This document shows, one piece after another, positions 35,886 through 45,677 of a stretch of 64,000 nt of DNA (the stretch's first letter is position 1; every line of letters starts with the position of its first letter). Source of the DNA: a candidate division NC10 bacterium CSP1-5 (lineage in GTDB: Bacteria; Methylomirabilota; Methylomirabilia; Methylomirabilales; CSP1-5). The notes below the pieces were generated by a model, which made no database searches, was not told the origin of the DNA, and saw only the letters and a list, made by a program, of their open reading frames with translations. The position numbers and the translations under genes were made by a program. The DNA is taken from the NCBI GenBank assembly GCA_001443495.1, contig LDXR01000006.1, positions 11,059 to 75,058 of the forward strand. The letters are read 5' to 3'.

Positions 35886-37562
35886 TTGCCGGAAAACGAA
35901 TGGGTGCGGATCATCCCCCTCGGTGGCCTCGGGGAGATCGGGATGAACATGTTTGTGGTCGAGACGACGGACGATATAGTCGTCATCGACGCCGGGCTGA
36001 TGTTCCCCGAGGAGGAGATGCTGGGGATTGATCTGGTGATCCCGGACTTCAGCTACCTGCTGGAGCACCGCGAAAAGGTTCGCGGACTCATCCTCACCCA
36101 CGGCCACGAGGACCACACCGGATCGCTCCCCTTCCTCCTCAAGGAGCTCCCCATCCCCGTCTACGGGACCCGCCTTTCCCTCGCCCTGGCGGCCGAGAAG
36201 ATTCACGAGCAGGGTCTCGACGCCGACCTGCGGCAGGTCGCGCCGCGGGAGTCCTTCCGCTTGGGAGGCCTGCAGGCGGAGTGCATGCGGGTCTGCCACA
36301 GCATCCCCGACGGGGTGGGGGTGGCCCTGGAGACGCCAGCAGGCCTCATCATCCACGCCGGGGATTTCAAGTTTGATCCCACCCCGGTGGATGGGAAGCT
36401 CACCGACTATCACAAATTCGCCGAACTAGGAGACCGTGGGGTGTTGGTTCTCCTCTCCGATTCGACGAATGCCCTTCGGCCTGGCTTCACGCCCTCGGAG
36501 CGGACGGTGGGGCAGGCCCTGGAGGAGATCTTTCGAGCGGCGAGACGGCGGATCGTCGTCGCCTGCTTTGCCAGCCACATCCATCGCATCCAGCAGGTCC
36601 TGGACGTTGCCGCCGGGATGGGGAGAAAGGTGGCCGTCCACGGTAAGAGCATGATCGCCAACACCCGGATTGGGGCCGATATGGGGTATCTGAAGATCCC
36701 GCCCGGCGTCTTGGTGCGGCTCGACGAGCTGAGACACGTGTCCCCGGCCGAGACGGTGATCATCGCGACCGGGTCCCAGGGCGAGCCCCTCTCCGCCATT
36801 GCACGGATCGCGGCGGGGGAGCACAAACAAATTGAAATCACCCCCGGAGACACGGTGGTCTTCTCCGCCAGGGTGATCCCGGGAAACGAGCGATCGATTG
36901 CGCGGACTATCAACCAGCTCCTCAGGCGGGGGGCAGAGGTGGTCACGGAGGAGCTGGCCCCCGTGCACGTGTCGGGTCACCCGTGTCAAGAGGAGCTCAA
37001 GTTGATGCTGAACCTCACCCGCCCGAAGTTCTTCCTCCCGATCCACGGCGAGTACCGGCATCGCCACCACCATGCGCGTCTCGCCGCGGCAGTAGGGATT
37101 GATCCGGAGCACATCTATCTGGCCGAGAACGGCGATATCCTCGAATTTACTCCCGACAAGGGGGGGATCGTTGGCAAGGTCGCCGGGGGTCGAGTCTTTG
37201 TGGATGGGAAGGGCGTCGGGGATGTGGGAGATGCCGTTCTCCGGGAGCGACAGCATCTGGCGAGGGATGGGATGGTGGTGGTGGTGGTGGGGCTGCATCG
37301 GGAAACGCGGGCCGTGGTCGCCGGTCCAGAGATCATCTCTCGAGGCTTCGTGCATCTCCAGGATCAGGACGCCCTCTGTGACGCGGCCAGACGGGTGGTG
37401 ACGGAGGTGCTGACAGGGGGTCCGGGGGAGGAACGGGGGGATGTGGCCCTGCTGAAGGAGGACGTCAAGGTGGCGCTTAGAAAGTTCATTCAGAAGACCT
37501 TTGATCGCCGACCCATGATCCTGCCGGTCATCGTCGAGATGGAGGGGGATGCCGGTGCCTAA
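35886..37562 (+). CDS. rnj: Ribonuclease J
   Basis: IIPLGGLGEIGMN, metallo-beta-lactamase HGHEDH, beta-CASP and C-terminal domain. TTG 35886 lies 9 nt after GGAGGG; GTG 35877 abuts the SD. Confidence 0.93.
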   Translation: MPENEWVRIIPLGGLGEIGMNMFVVETTDDIVVIDAGLMFPEEEMLGIDLVIPDFSYLLEHREKVRGLILTHGHEDHTGSLPFLLKELPIPVYGTRLSLALAAEKIHEQGLDADLRQVAPRESFRLGGLQAECMRVCHSIPDGVGVALETPAGLIIHAGDFKFDPTPVDGKLTDYHKFAELGDRGVLVLLSDSTNALRPGFTPSERTVGQALEEIFRAARRRIVVACFASHIHRIQQVLDVAAGMGRKVAVHGKSMIANTRIGADMGYLKIPPGVLVRLDELRHVSPAETVIIATGSQGEPLSAIARIAAGEHKQIEITPGDTVVFSARVIPGNERSIARTINQLLRRGAEVVTEELAPVHVSGHPCQEELKLMLNLTRPKFFLPIHGEYRHRHHHARLAAAVGIDPEHIYLAENGDILEFTPDKGGIVGKVAGGRVFVDGKGVGDVGDAVLRERQHLARDGMVVVVVGLHRETRAVVAGPEIISRGFVHLQDQDALCDAARRVVTEVLTGGPGEERGDVALLKEDVKVALRKFIQKTFDRRPMILPVIVEMEGDAGA

Positions 37563-37635
37563 TGGGCCGTTCTTGGAGGGGCCTGCGCAGTTGTGCTAGG
37601 CTTATGGCCATGACTGTGTCGGGAGACGGTCACCG

Positions 37636-39873
37636 GTGAAGGGTGCACGAGGGAGTATGAGGCTCGCCGCGGTGTTGTCCACGATCTTTCGCCATCCGAA
37701 GGCGAGAGAGGTCATCGGCCTTCTCGTGACGGCCTCTGCCCTCCTGTTGCTGGTCAGCCTGGTCTCCTTCAGTCCGCACGATCCCTCCTTTTTCCACTAT
37801 GTCTCCCGCGAGGAGGCCCCGCGCAACTTCGGGGGTTTGGTGGGGGCCCACGTGGCCGGAGATCTCCTGGGGATCGTGGGGATTGCCGCGTTCCTGTTCC
37901 CACCGGCCCTCTTCTGGCTTGGCTTTACCCTCATTGTTGGAGGGAACCGGGAGCCCCGGGCCGTCGAGGTCGTCGGCTTCTTCTGTCTCTTCATCTCCAC
38001 CTGCCTCCTGTTCAGCCTGCTCCAGCACCAGGGAATTGTCACTTCGTTTCGGGGGGGGCAGCCCGGGGGGTTCCTGGGCGCGCTCCTCTTCCACGTGCTC
38101 CGTCCCGCCCTGGGTCCCTTCGGTCTGTACCTGGCGACCCTGACCGGGATGCTTCTTTGTGTGATCCTGATCTCGCAGGGTTCCTTTGTCGGGCTCATCC
38201 GTTCTCTCCGGGAAATCGTGGCGTGGCTGGGTTCGGGCCTCGCCGGGGTTTTCCAGTCTGCCCGGAGAGCGATCCCGACAGCACCCTTGCCGGAGGGCCA
38301 GGTCGGTCGGCGTGAAAGACCACGCCGCGAGCGCCCGTCCCGGATCGCCCCGCCGGAGACGCCCCAGGATAGTGCCGGCGAGGCACCGGGGACGACTCGG
38401 CGGGTCGCTCGGGAGATGGGAGAACATGAGCTGCCCCCCCTCTCCCTGCTCGACGCTGCAGGCCCGCCCTCTTCCAGACCCTTGGATCACGAGCGGGACG
38501 AGAACAAGAAAATCCTCGAGAAGACCCTGCGCGATTTTGGGGTTGAAGGGCGGGTGAGCGAGACCCAATCGGGACCGGTGATCACCCGCTACGAGATTGA
38601 ACCCGCGCCCGGGATCAAGGTCAACCGGATCGTGAGTTTGGCGGATGACCTGGCCCTCAGCCTGAAGGCCTTGAGCGTTCGCATCGTCGCTCCGATACCC
38701 GGAAAGGCTGCGGTCGGGGTGGAGATTCCCAACAAGAATCGCGCGGTCGTCCCCCTCAGGGATGTCCTCGCCTCTGAGGCGTTTGAAAAATGTCGGTCCC
38801 CGCTGCCAATCGCGCTGGGCAAAGACACCGCCGGCGATCCGTATGTGGCGGACCTCCAGCAGATGCCGCACCTGCTGATTGCGGGAGCCACCGGCAGCGG
38901 CAAGAGTGTCTGTATCCACAGCATCATTCTCGGTTTCCTCTACCGTTCCGCGCCGGAGGCGTTGCGGCTGCTCTTGATCGATCCCAAACGGGTCGAACTC
39001 TCCGTCTACAACCATATTCCCCATCTGGTCGACGATCCGTTGGTGGCCGGGACGAACGGAGGGGACCAGGCGTGGCAGGTCATCACGGACGCCCGGCAGG
39101 CCGCCAAGTGTCTGCAGATGGTCGTGAAGCATATGGAGGGGCGGTACAAGCTTTTCGCGGAGGTCGGCGCGCGCTCGCTCGAGGCCTACAACACGGCGCG
39201 GTCTATGGAGAAGCCCCGCCTCGCGCATCTGGTGGTGGTCATCGATGAGCTCGCGGATCTGATCTTCTCGGAATCGTCGTTGGTGGAAAATAGTATCGCC
39301 CGGTTGGCCCAGATGGCGCGGGCGGTGGGGATCCATCTCGTGGTGGCGACCCAGCGGCCGTCCGTGGACGTGATCACGGGCGTCATCAAGGCCAATTTCC
39401 CCGCCAGGATTTCCTTTCAGGTCTCCTCGAAGGTCGATTCGCGCACGATCCTGGACACGAACGGCGCGGAGCAGTTGCTGGGCGGCGGTGACATGCTCTT
39501 CCTGCCTCCGGTGAGCTCGAAGCCGACCCGGATTCACGGGTGCTACGTGTCGGATCAGGAGATCGCCCGCGTGGTCGAATCCTTGAAGGCGAAGAATGTC
39601 TTCGAACCCTTTCCATGGGCGCTCCAGGTCGCTGAGGACACGCAGAGCGACGGCGGAGAGATCGCTGATGAAGACGAAACCCTCTATCGCGAGGCCGAAC
39701 GGATTGTGCGCCAGACAGGACAGCCGTCGATCTCGCTGCTTCAGAGGCGACTCCGAATTGGTTTTAACAGGGCGGGCCGTATGATTGACCGCATGGAACG
39801 CGAAGGGATCGTCAGTCATCCCGATGCGAGAGGACACCGGGTGGTCCTCAAGCCGTGGTCGGCCGGGGTGTGA
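37636..39873 (+). CDS. ftsK: DNA translocase FtsK
   Basis: N-terminal TM helices, Pro/Arg-rich linker, motor domain with GATGSGKS, C-terminal gamma winged helix. Alternative ATG 37657. Confidence 0.93.
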   Translation: MKGARGSMRLAAVLSTIFRHPKAREVIGLLVTASALLLLVSLVSFSPHDPSFFHYVSREEAPRNFGGLVGAHVAGDLLGIVGIAAFLFPPALFWLGFTLIVGGNREPRAVEVVGFFCLFISTCLLFSLLQHQGIVTSFRGGQPGGFLGALLFHVLRPALGPFGLYLATLTGMLLCVILISQGSFVGLIRSLREIVAWLGSGLAGVFQSARRAIPTAPLPEGQVGRRERPRRERPSRIAPPETPQDSAGEAPGTTRRVAREMGEHELPPLSLLDAAGPPSSRPLDHERDENKKILEKTLRDFGVEGRVSETQSGPVITRYEIEPAPGIKVNRIVSLADDLALSLKALSVRIVAPIPGKAAVGVEIPNKNRAVVPLRDVLASEAFEKCRSPLPIALGKDTAGDPYVADLQQMPHLLIAGATGSGKSVCIHSIILGFLYRSAPEALRLLLIDPKRVELSVYNHIPHLVDDPLVAGTNGGDQAWQVITDARQAAKCLQMVVKHMEGRYKLFAEVGARSLEAYNTARSMEKPRLAHLVVVIDELADLIFSESSLVENSIARLAQMARAVGIHLVVATQRPSVDVITGVIKANFPARISFQVSSKVDSRTILDTNGAEQLLGGGDMLFLPPVSSKPTRIHGCYVSDQEIARVVESLKAKNVFEPFPWALQVAEDTQSDGGEIADEDETLYREAERIVRQTGQPSISLLQRRLRIGFNRAGRMIDRMEREGIVSHPDARGHRVVLKPWSAGV

Positions 39874-39903
39874 AGACGGTGATCCCCGTGGGTGGCGAGC
39901 GCC

Positions 39904-40545
39904 ATGAAGAGTGGTCGATGGTTTCTGGCCTTGAGTCTCCTGGCCGTCGGATTGACCCCTCCGGGACAGGGGGTGGTTGAGCGGATTCAGGGCTTTTATG
40001 AGGGGACCCGGGCGCTGAAGGGCCAGTTTTCGCAACGGGTCGAGTTGGCGATGGGACAGGTAGAGGAGGCCCGGGGGGCCTTCTACCTCAAACGCCCCGG
40101 GATGATGCGTTGGGAATATGAACAGCCCGAGCGGCGCTTGCTGGTGACCAACGGGAACACCCTGTGGGCGTACACCCCCACGGATCGGCAGGTCATTGTC
40201 CAGGATCTGAAAACAGCGGTGAGCTCCATCCCCTTTGACTTCCTGGTGGGGGCGGGGCGATTGACCGACCAGTTCGTGCTGCGCCAGGTCAATCTTCAGG
40301 GAGATTCCTACCGCCTGGTTCTGATCCCGCGCCGGGCTGATCCGCACCTCAGTCAGATGGAGATGGAGGTCGATGAGGCCACCCTGTACATCCGGTCCCT
40401 GACGATTCAGGATCCCTATGAGAATCGGACGGTCATGCGCTTCTCTCATGTCGAGGTGACCAAAGATCTCCCGGCCGATCTCTTCTCTTTTGTCCCGCCA
40501 CCCGGGGTCAAGGTTCTCCGGGCAGAGGAGCTTTTCCCCCGCTAA
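39904..40545 (+). CDS. lolA: Outer-membrane lipoprotein carrier LolA
   Basis: Signal peptide, then FSQRV...RGAFYLKRPGMMRWEY pattern typical of LolA. Confidence 0.85.
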   Translation: MKSGRWFLALSLLAVGLTPPGQGVVERIQGFYEGTRALKGQFSQRVELAMGQVEEARGAFYLKRPGMMRWEYEQPERRLLVTNGNTLWAYTPTDRQVIVQDLKTAVSSIPFDFLVGAGRLTDQFVLRQVNLQGDSYRLVLIPRRADPHLSQMEMEVDEATLYIRSLTIQDPYENRTVMRFSHVEVTKDLPADLFSFVPPPGVKVLRAEELFPR

Positions 40546-40771
40546 GGCGTTGCCAGAGAGGTGATACGCAGAACGAGGGAAACAACTCCCCGTCGGTATC
40601 TGGGCATGGTCTTTGCAAACCGCCAAACAAGGCCTGCCTCGCCTCCCCCCTAGAGCTCGATGACGTGGGGATGAGGGATATGCCGAGGGAGTCCGATCGA
40701 CAGATAGGGCAGGCTCTCGACGAGGCGGACCAGAAACTCCAATTGATCTATTGAGTGAGTCCCTGAAGGGT

Positions 40772-43327
40772 ATGGAGCAGCACGGGAAATCCAGAAGACC
40801 CCTGGATGTCTCGCAAGAGAAGCGGAAACCTGCGGACGGCCCCGGTATCCGGGAGCTGAGCCTCTTGAACGCCGTTGCCGAGGCCGTCGGCCGGTCGTTG
40901 AACCAGGAGGAGGTGCTCCGGGCGGCCCTGGAGAAGATCGTAGAGTTGGAGGAGGTGCGCTCCGCCTATGTCCTCCTGAAAGATCTGGAGGAAGGGGGGA
41001 TGAAGATCGTCGGAGATGAGGCAGCTGCCGGCCGGGGTGCGACGCCGACTGCTGTCGAGGCGGAGATCCTCCAGGAGGGTGTCCCCCGCTGCTACCCCGA
41101 TGTCTCGCACGCCCCCGAGCTCACGCCGATACCCATCCCTGCGGGGGCCGGCTCCTTTCTGATCATTCCTCTGCCGGGCACCGTGGGGATCGCGGGGGTC
41201 TTGGGGGTCTTTAGTCGCCTTCCCACCCGGTTCGACGAGGCGGCGGTGCGACTCTTCACCGCGGTGGGCCACCATCTCACCAGGGCATTGACCAACGCCG
41301 CGCTCTATACCAGCCTGAGGCGGCAGCTGAGCCAGACCCAAACCCTTTCGCCGATAAGGGCCCCGGCGGTCGCTGCCCCGGTCAGAGATCAGGGCATGTG
41401 GGGCATCATCAAGCGGTTCCTCGAGACGATGCAGGTGGACCGGTGCGCCATCACCCTCGCGGCACCGGGAGAGACGACAGCCCATCTAATCGCCGGATAT
41501 GACCAGTCGAAAGAGAATCCCTGGGTTCAAGGAATCTACTTGTCCTTGGACCGGTACCCGGAGATCCGGCGGGTCCTCGAGACGCGGCAGCCTCTCGTCG
41601 TCCCCGATGTGGCGGCGGAACCGGTGCTTTCCGATATCCGTGATCTCCTCCTCTCTCTCCCGATCCGTTCAATGCTGGTCGTCCCACTCATCAAGCAGAA
41701 TCAGGGCATCGGGGTGGTGAGCTTGAGTAGTCGGGGGCCGGCGCGGGCCTTTACGCGCGACGAGATCGAGTTCTGCCAAACCTTGGCGAACCAGGCGGCC
41801 CTCGCCATTGAGAAGAGCACCCTCTTTCAAGAGATCCAGGAGCGGGCCAATAAACTGCAGGCCCTCATTCATCTGACGAAGCTGATGACCGCCTCCCTAA
41901 ACCTCCACGAGGTCTATGACTTCGCGGTGAAGGCGGCGGCGGAGTTTCTCGAGGTTCCCGGGGTCTGGCTGTTGGTGGCAGACGACGAGGCACGCGAGGT
42001 CAAGGTGGAGGCGAGTCACGGCCTGCAGGAGTTTGCCGGATTGATAGGGGACCGGATCCCGTACACGAGTGGGGTCGTTGGAAGGATCATGGAGCGGGGA
42101 GAGCCCCAGTACATCGCCGATGTGAGGCAGGAATCGCGTTGGCCGAGCAAGCGCTTCTTGGACCAGGCGGGCATCATCTCCTTCGCGGGCATTCCCCTGT
42201 TGAGCGAGGGTCGTGTCCTCGGGGTCCTCGCCATCTTCACGAGACAGCGACGACTCTTCAGCCCGGATGAACGGGCGTTGATGAGTGCCCTTGCCAGCCA
42301 GGCGGCCATCGCCGTTGCCAACGCCAGGGCGTACCAACAGATCCAGCGGTACGCGTCGACGGTGGCGGAGTTGTACGAGGCCGCCACTCAGGTCAGCGGG
42401 TCCCTGGACCTGGACGAGACGCTTCAGAAGATTGCTCGGGGCGCGGCGGCTTCGACCGACGCCGCCTCCAGCACGATCATCCTGTTCGACGAGTGGGGCG
42501 AAATCACTCACGTGGTCGACTGGGAGGTGGGAGAGATCGAGGTGCGGAAGTCGGGCGTCTCGCGCCAAGTCTGGGAGACCTGTCGGCCCGTCGTCCTTCC
42601 CGATTTCGGGGCGGTCCCGGCTGGCACGGTGAATCCCCGACTGCTGGCGTTGGGGCGGAGGGCGGCGGTCTGTCTCCCCCTGCAGGTGCGGGAGCGGGTT
42701 CGCGGGGTCATGTGGGTGCACTACAATGAACCCCGCCGGGTCGCCGAAGAGGATCTCCACCTCCTCGCCTCTTTCGCGAACCAGGCGGCCATCGCTATCG
42801 AGAACGCTCGCCTGTTTGCGGAGACGCGGCGGCTCGCCAACACCGATGCCTTGACGGGACTCTACAATCACCGCTACTTCTACCACCTCCTCGATGCGGA
42901 AATGAAGCGGGCTCGTCGGTACGGCCGCGCCCTTTCCCTGATCATGATCGATATCGATCACTTCAAGCAGTACAATGATCGCTACGGGCATCTGGCGGGC
43001 GATGAGGCCTTGCGCTGCTTGGCCCAGGTCCTCCGGAAGAATTCCCGTCGGGTGGATTCGGCTGCTCGGTATGGCGGAGAGGAGTTCGCCATCATCCTGC
43101 CGGAGACCGAACTCAGCCAGGCCGCGGTGCAAGCCGAGCGCATGCGCACGGCGGCCGTGGAACAGCCGTGGCCTGAAGGTCATCTCACGATCAGTGCCGG
43201 GGCGGCTGCCCTCACATCGACTATGTCCAAGGTAGAAGATTTGGTCCGGGAGGCGGATCGAGCCCTCTATCAAGCCAAGGCGGCCGGGCGGAACCAAGTG
43301 TGCCTGAGCCCGCCCCATTCCCCGTGA
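40772..43327 (+). CDS. Multi-GAF diguanylate cyclase (GGDEF)
   Basis: Tandem GAF-like domains, then DALTGLYNHRYF and active-site GGEEF, with an RxxD I-site (RRVD) five residues upstream. Confidence 0.9.
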   Translation: MEQHGKSRRPLDVSQEKRKPADGPGIRELSLLNAVAEAVGRSLNQEEVLRAALEKIVELEEVRSAYVLLKDLEEGGMKIVGDEAAAGRGATPTAVEAEILQEGVPRCYPDVSHAPELTPIPIPAGAGSFLIIPLPGTVGIAGVLGVFSRLPTRFDEAAVRLFTAVGHHLTRALTNAALYTSLRRQLSQTQTLSPIRAPAVAAPVRDQGMWGIIKRFLETMQVDRCAITLAAPGETTAHLIAGYDQSKENPWVQGIYLSLDRYPEIRRVLETRQPLVVPDVAAEPVLSDIRDLLLSLPIRSMLVVPLIKQNQGIGVVSLSSRGPARAFTRDEIEFCQTLANQAALAIEKSTLFQEIQERANKLQALIHLTKLMTASLNLHEVYDFAVKAAAEFLEVPGVWLLVADDEAREVKVEASHGLQEFAGLIGDRIPYTSGVVGRIMERGEPQYIADVRQESRWPSKRFLDQAGIISFAGIPLLSEGRVLGVLAIFTRQRRLFSPDERALMSALASQAAIAVANARAYQQIQRYASTVAELYEAATQVSGSLDLDETLQKIARGAAASTDAASSTIILFDEWGEITHVVDWEVGEIEVRKSGVSRQVWETCRPVVLPDFGAVPAGTVNPRLLALGRRAAVCLPLQVRERVRGVMWVHYNEPRRVAEEDLHLLASFANQAAIAIENARLFAETRRLANTDALTGLYNHRYFYHLLDAEMKRARRYGRALSLIMIDIDHFKQYNDRYGHLAGDEALRCLAQVLRKNSRRVDSAARYGGEEFAIILPETELSQAAVQAERMRTAAVEQPWPEGHLTISAGAAALTSTMSKVEDLVREADRALYQAKAAGRNQVCLSPPHSP

Positions 43328-43332
43328 CACCG

Positions 43333-43361
43333 TTGACAGACTAGGCCCCTGGGTCTACTCT
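43333..43361 (+). promoter_or_regulatory. Candidate promoter for pgpA (TTGACA-17-TACTCT)
   Basis: Perfect -35. The -10 lies only ~7 nt before GTG 43368, so the transcript would be leaderless or the true start lies downstream. Confidence 0.35.
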
Positions 43362-43367
43362 CACACC

Positions 43368-43826
43368 GTGAGCACCCATCCCCTTTCCCACACGCTCGTG
43401 GTGGCGATCGCGACCGGGGGCTACGTGGGCACCGTGTCTCGGGCCCCGGGAACGCTCGGGAGCCTCCTCGGGCTGGTGCTTCTCTGGCCCTTGGGCGCCG
43501 GAATGGCCCAGGCCCTGGCGACCGCTTTCCTCATCGGGGCCGGGATCGTGATTGCCGGTCGGGCGGCGCGGATCATGGGGGTCCGGGATCCCCCAGCTGT
43601 CATTATCGATGAGGTCGCCGGCATCGCGGTGGCGACCGCCCTCCTTCCCTCTCGGCTGCTGGAGCGCACCGTGGCCTTTGTGCTCTTTCGCCTCTTCGAC
43701 GTCACCAAGCCCTTCCCCGCCCGGCAGGCGGAGCGTCTTGCGGGAGGGCTGGGGATCGTCGGCGATGATCTGGTGGCCGGACTCTATGCCAACCTCGTTG
43801 TCCAGGTGTGGCTGCTCTTCTCATGA
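43368..43826 (+). CDS. pgpA: Phosphatidylglycerophosphatase A
   Basis: GGYVGTVSRAPGTLGSL, VIIDEVAG, FRLFDVTKPFP motifs. Confidence 0.85.
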   Translation: MSTHPLSHTLVVAIATGGYVGTVSRAPGTLGSLLGLVLLWPLGAGMAQALATAFLIGAGIVIAGRAARIMGVRDPPAVIIDEVAGIAVATALLPSRLLERTVAFVLFRLFDVTKPFPARQAERLAGGLGIVGDDLVAGLYANLVVQVWLLFS

Positions 43827-45079
43827 AGGCCAAGAATGCAGAGATCGTCGGCATCGGGACCGAGCTCCTCCAGGGGGGGCTTGAGGACACCAACGGTCGC
43901 TTTCTCGCGGAGGCGCTCCACGGGATCAGTATCGAGGTCGTATACCGGACGACGGTTGGGGACGACCGGCAACGGATCCGTGAAGTGCTGCGACAAGCCC
44001 TCGATCGCGCTGCCGTCGTCGTGGCAACTGGCGGGCTGGGCCCGACCGAGGATGATCGCACCCTGGGTGCGCTGGCGGATGTCACCGGCAGGCCCCTGAT
44101 CCTCCACGGGGAGACCCTGAAACGGATTGAGGAGCGATTCGCCCGCCGGCGGGTCGTGATGCCGGAATCCGTCAGGCGGCAGGCCATGGTCCCGGAGGGC
44201 GTCCTCGTCTTGCCGAACCGGCATGGGACGGCCCCGGGTCTGGTGTGGCAGGAGGACAGGCGCCTCCTCGTCGTCCTGCCCGGCCCGCCGCGCGAGATGC
44301 GGCCACTCTTCAACGAGCAGGTCTTGCCGATCCTTCTCAGGAGGACCGGGCGCGGCCGCCGGATCCGCACCCGGACCATCAAGGTCTGCGGACTCCTCGA
44401 ATCGCAAGTGGAAGAGCGGATCATCGATCTGCTCCGTGCCGACCCTGGGACCGTCGGCCTTCTCGCGCGTCTGGGGGAGATCCACGCGCGGGTCACGGTA
44501 TCCGGACCGGCCGGGCGGGTGGTGTCTCAGCTTGACGCATGGGAGCGAAAACTTCGGGACCGGTTGGGCGATGCGGTCTTTGGGGTCGATGACGAGCGTC
44601 TGGAGGAGGTGGTGGGACGCCTTCTCCGCCTCCAGGGGAAAACCGTGGCGGTGGCCGAGTCGTGCACCGGCGGTCTCATTGTCCATCGGATCACCAACGT
44701 TCCCGGCAGCTCCGAGTATTTCGAGCGAGGGATCGTTGCATATAGCAACCGGGCCAAGGAGGAATTGCTCCAGGTGCCCTCCTCTCTCATCGAGCAACAC
44801 GGGGCGGTGAGTCCAGAGGCGGCGTGTGCCATGGCGGCCGGGGTTCGGCGCCTCGCCAGGGCCGATCTGGGCCTGGGGGTTACCGGGATTGCGGGTCCAG
44901 GGGGCGGTACCAAAGCCAAGCCGGTGGGGCTCACATACATTGCCCTCGCCGACCCGCAGGGGGAGGAGTGGTGTGAGCACCGGTTTCGGTTCGCCCGGGA
45001 GGAGAACAAGCTCTGGGGTTCGCAGATGGCCCTGGAGATGCTGCGAAGATCCCTGCTCAAGGCGACCGTAAAGATGTGA
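43823..45079 (+). CDS. cinA: CinA-family protein (MoCF-binding domain plus NMN deamidase PncC domain)
   Basis: AEIVGIGTELLQG N-terminus, ATGGLGPTEDD, C-terminal AVAESCTGGL...GVTGIAGPGGG; ATGA overlap with pgpA. Confidence 0.9.
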   Translation: MKAKNAEIVGIGTELLQGGLEDTNGRFLAEALHGISIEVVYRTTVGDDRQRIREVLRQALDRAAVVVATGGLGPTEDDRTLGALADVTGRPLILHGETLKRIEERFARRRVVMPESVRRQAMVPEGVLVLPNRHGTAPGLVWQEDRRLLVVLPGPPREMRPLFNEQVLPILLRRTGRGRRIRTRTIKVCGLLESQVEERIIDLLRADPGTVGLLARLGEIHARVTVSGPAGRVVSQLDAWERKLRDRLGDAVFGVDDERLEEVVGRLLRLQGKTVAVAESCTGGLIVHRITNVPGSSEYFERGIVAYSNRAKEELLQVPSSLIEQHGAVSPEAACAMAAGVRRLARADLGLGVTGIAGPGGGTKAKPVGLTYIALADPQGEEWCEHRFRFAREENKLWGSQMALEMLRRSLLKATVKM

Positions 45080-45110
45080 AACGGTCGGCGCCGCTTCGCA
45101 TGCCACGCTC

Positions 45111-45677
45111 ATGAGACTGTTTGTCGCCGTCAACGTCGATCCCGCCCTGCAAGCTCCCCTGGCAGCGGTCCAGGCGAACCTCAAGACAACGGCGGCGCCG
45201 GTGAGCTGGGTCAAGCCGGAGAACCTTCATTTCACCCTCAAGTTCCTGGGAGAAGTGCCTGAGCTGCGCCTTCCGGCCCTCCAGGAGACCTTTCGCTCCT
45301 CCGTGGCGGGTATAGACCGCTTCACCCTGTCGCTCGCCGGTCTCGGGACCTTTCCGCCGAGGGGAAGGCCTCGCGTGGTCTGGGTCGGGGTGGCGCAGGG
45401 GGTCGAGGAGATGAGGCGGTTGCAAGGGCGAATCGACGACACCCTCCTTCCCCTCGGCTTCGGTCGGGAGGCGCGGCCCTTTCAGCCCCATCTCACCCTG
45501 GGTCGCGTCAGGGATGTTGGGCGGCTCGATGCACTGCTCACATATCTCCGCGGTGCGGAGATCGGGCAGGTGGGACAGATGCAGGTCCGGTGTGTGGACC
45601 TCATGCGGAGTAAGCTGCACCCGGCTGGGGCCGTCTACACGCGGGTCGAGTCGGTTCCATTGTCGGAGGAGATATGA
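45111..45677 (+). CDS. thpR: RNA 2',3'-cyclic phosphodiesterase (2H family, ThpR/LigT)
   Basis: Two HxT motifs (HFTLKFLG and HLTLGR). Confidence 0.85.
   Translation: MRLFVAVNVDPALQAPLAAVQANLKTTAAPVSWVKPENLHFTLKFLGEVPELRLPALQETFRSSVAGIDRFTLSLAGLGTFPPRGRPRVVWVGVAQGVEEMRRLQGRIDDTLLPLGFGREARPFQPHLTLGRVRDVGRLDALLTYLRGAEIGQVGQMQVRCVDLMRSKLHPAGAVYTRVESVPLSEEI

Noticed and set aside
37630-40626. 998-aa ORF on the minus strand
   Set aside because: Antisense to ftsK and lolA; low-complexity composition; no motifs.
40671-40754. 27-aa upstream ORF (MRDMPRESDRQIGQALDEADQKLQLIY) before the GGDEF gene
   Set aside because: No convincing SD, no motif, and no way to test conservation here. It is kept only as a note.
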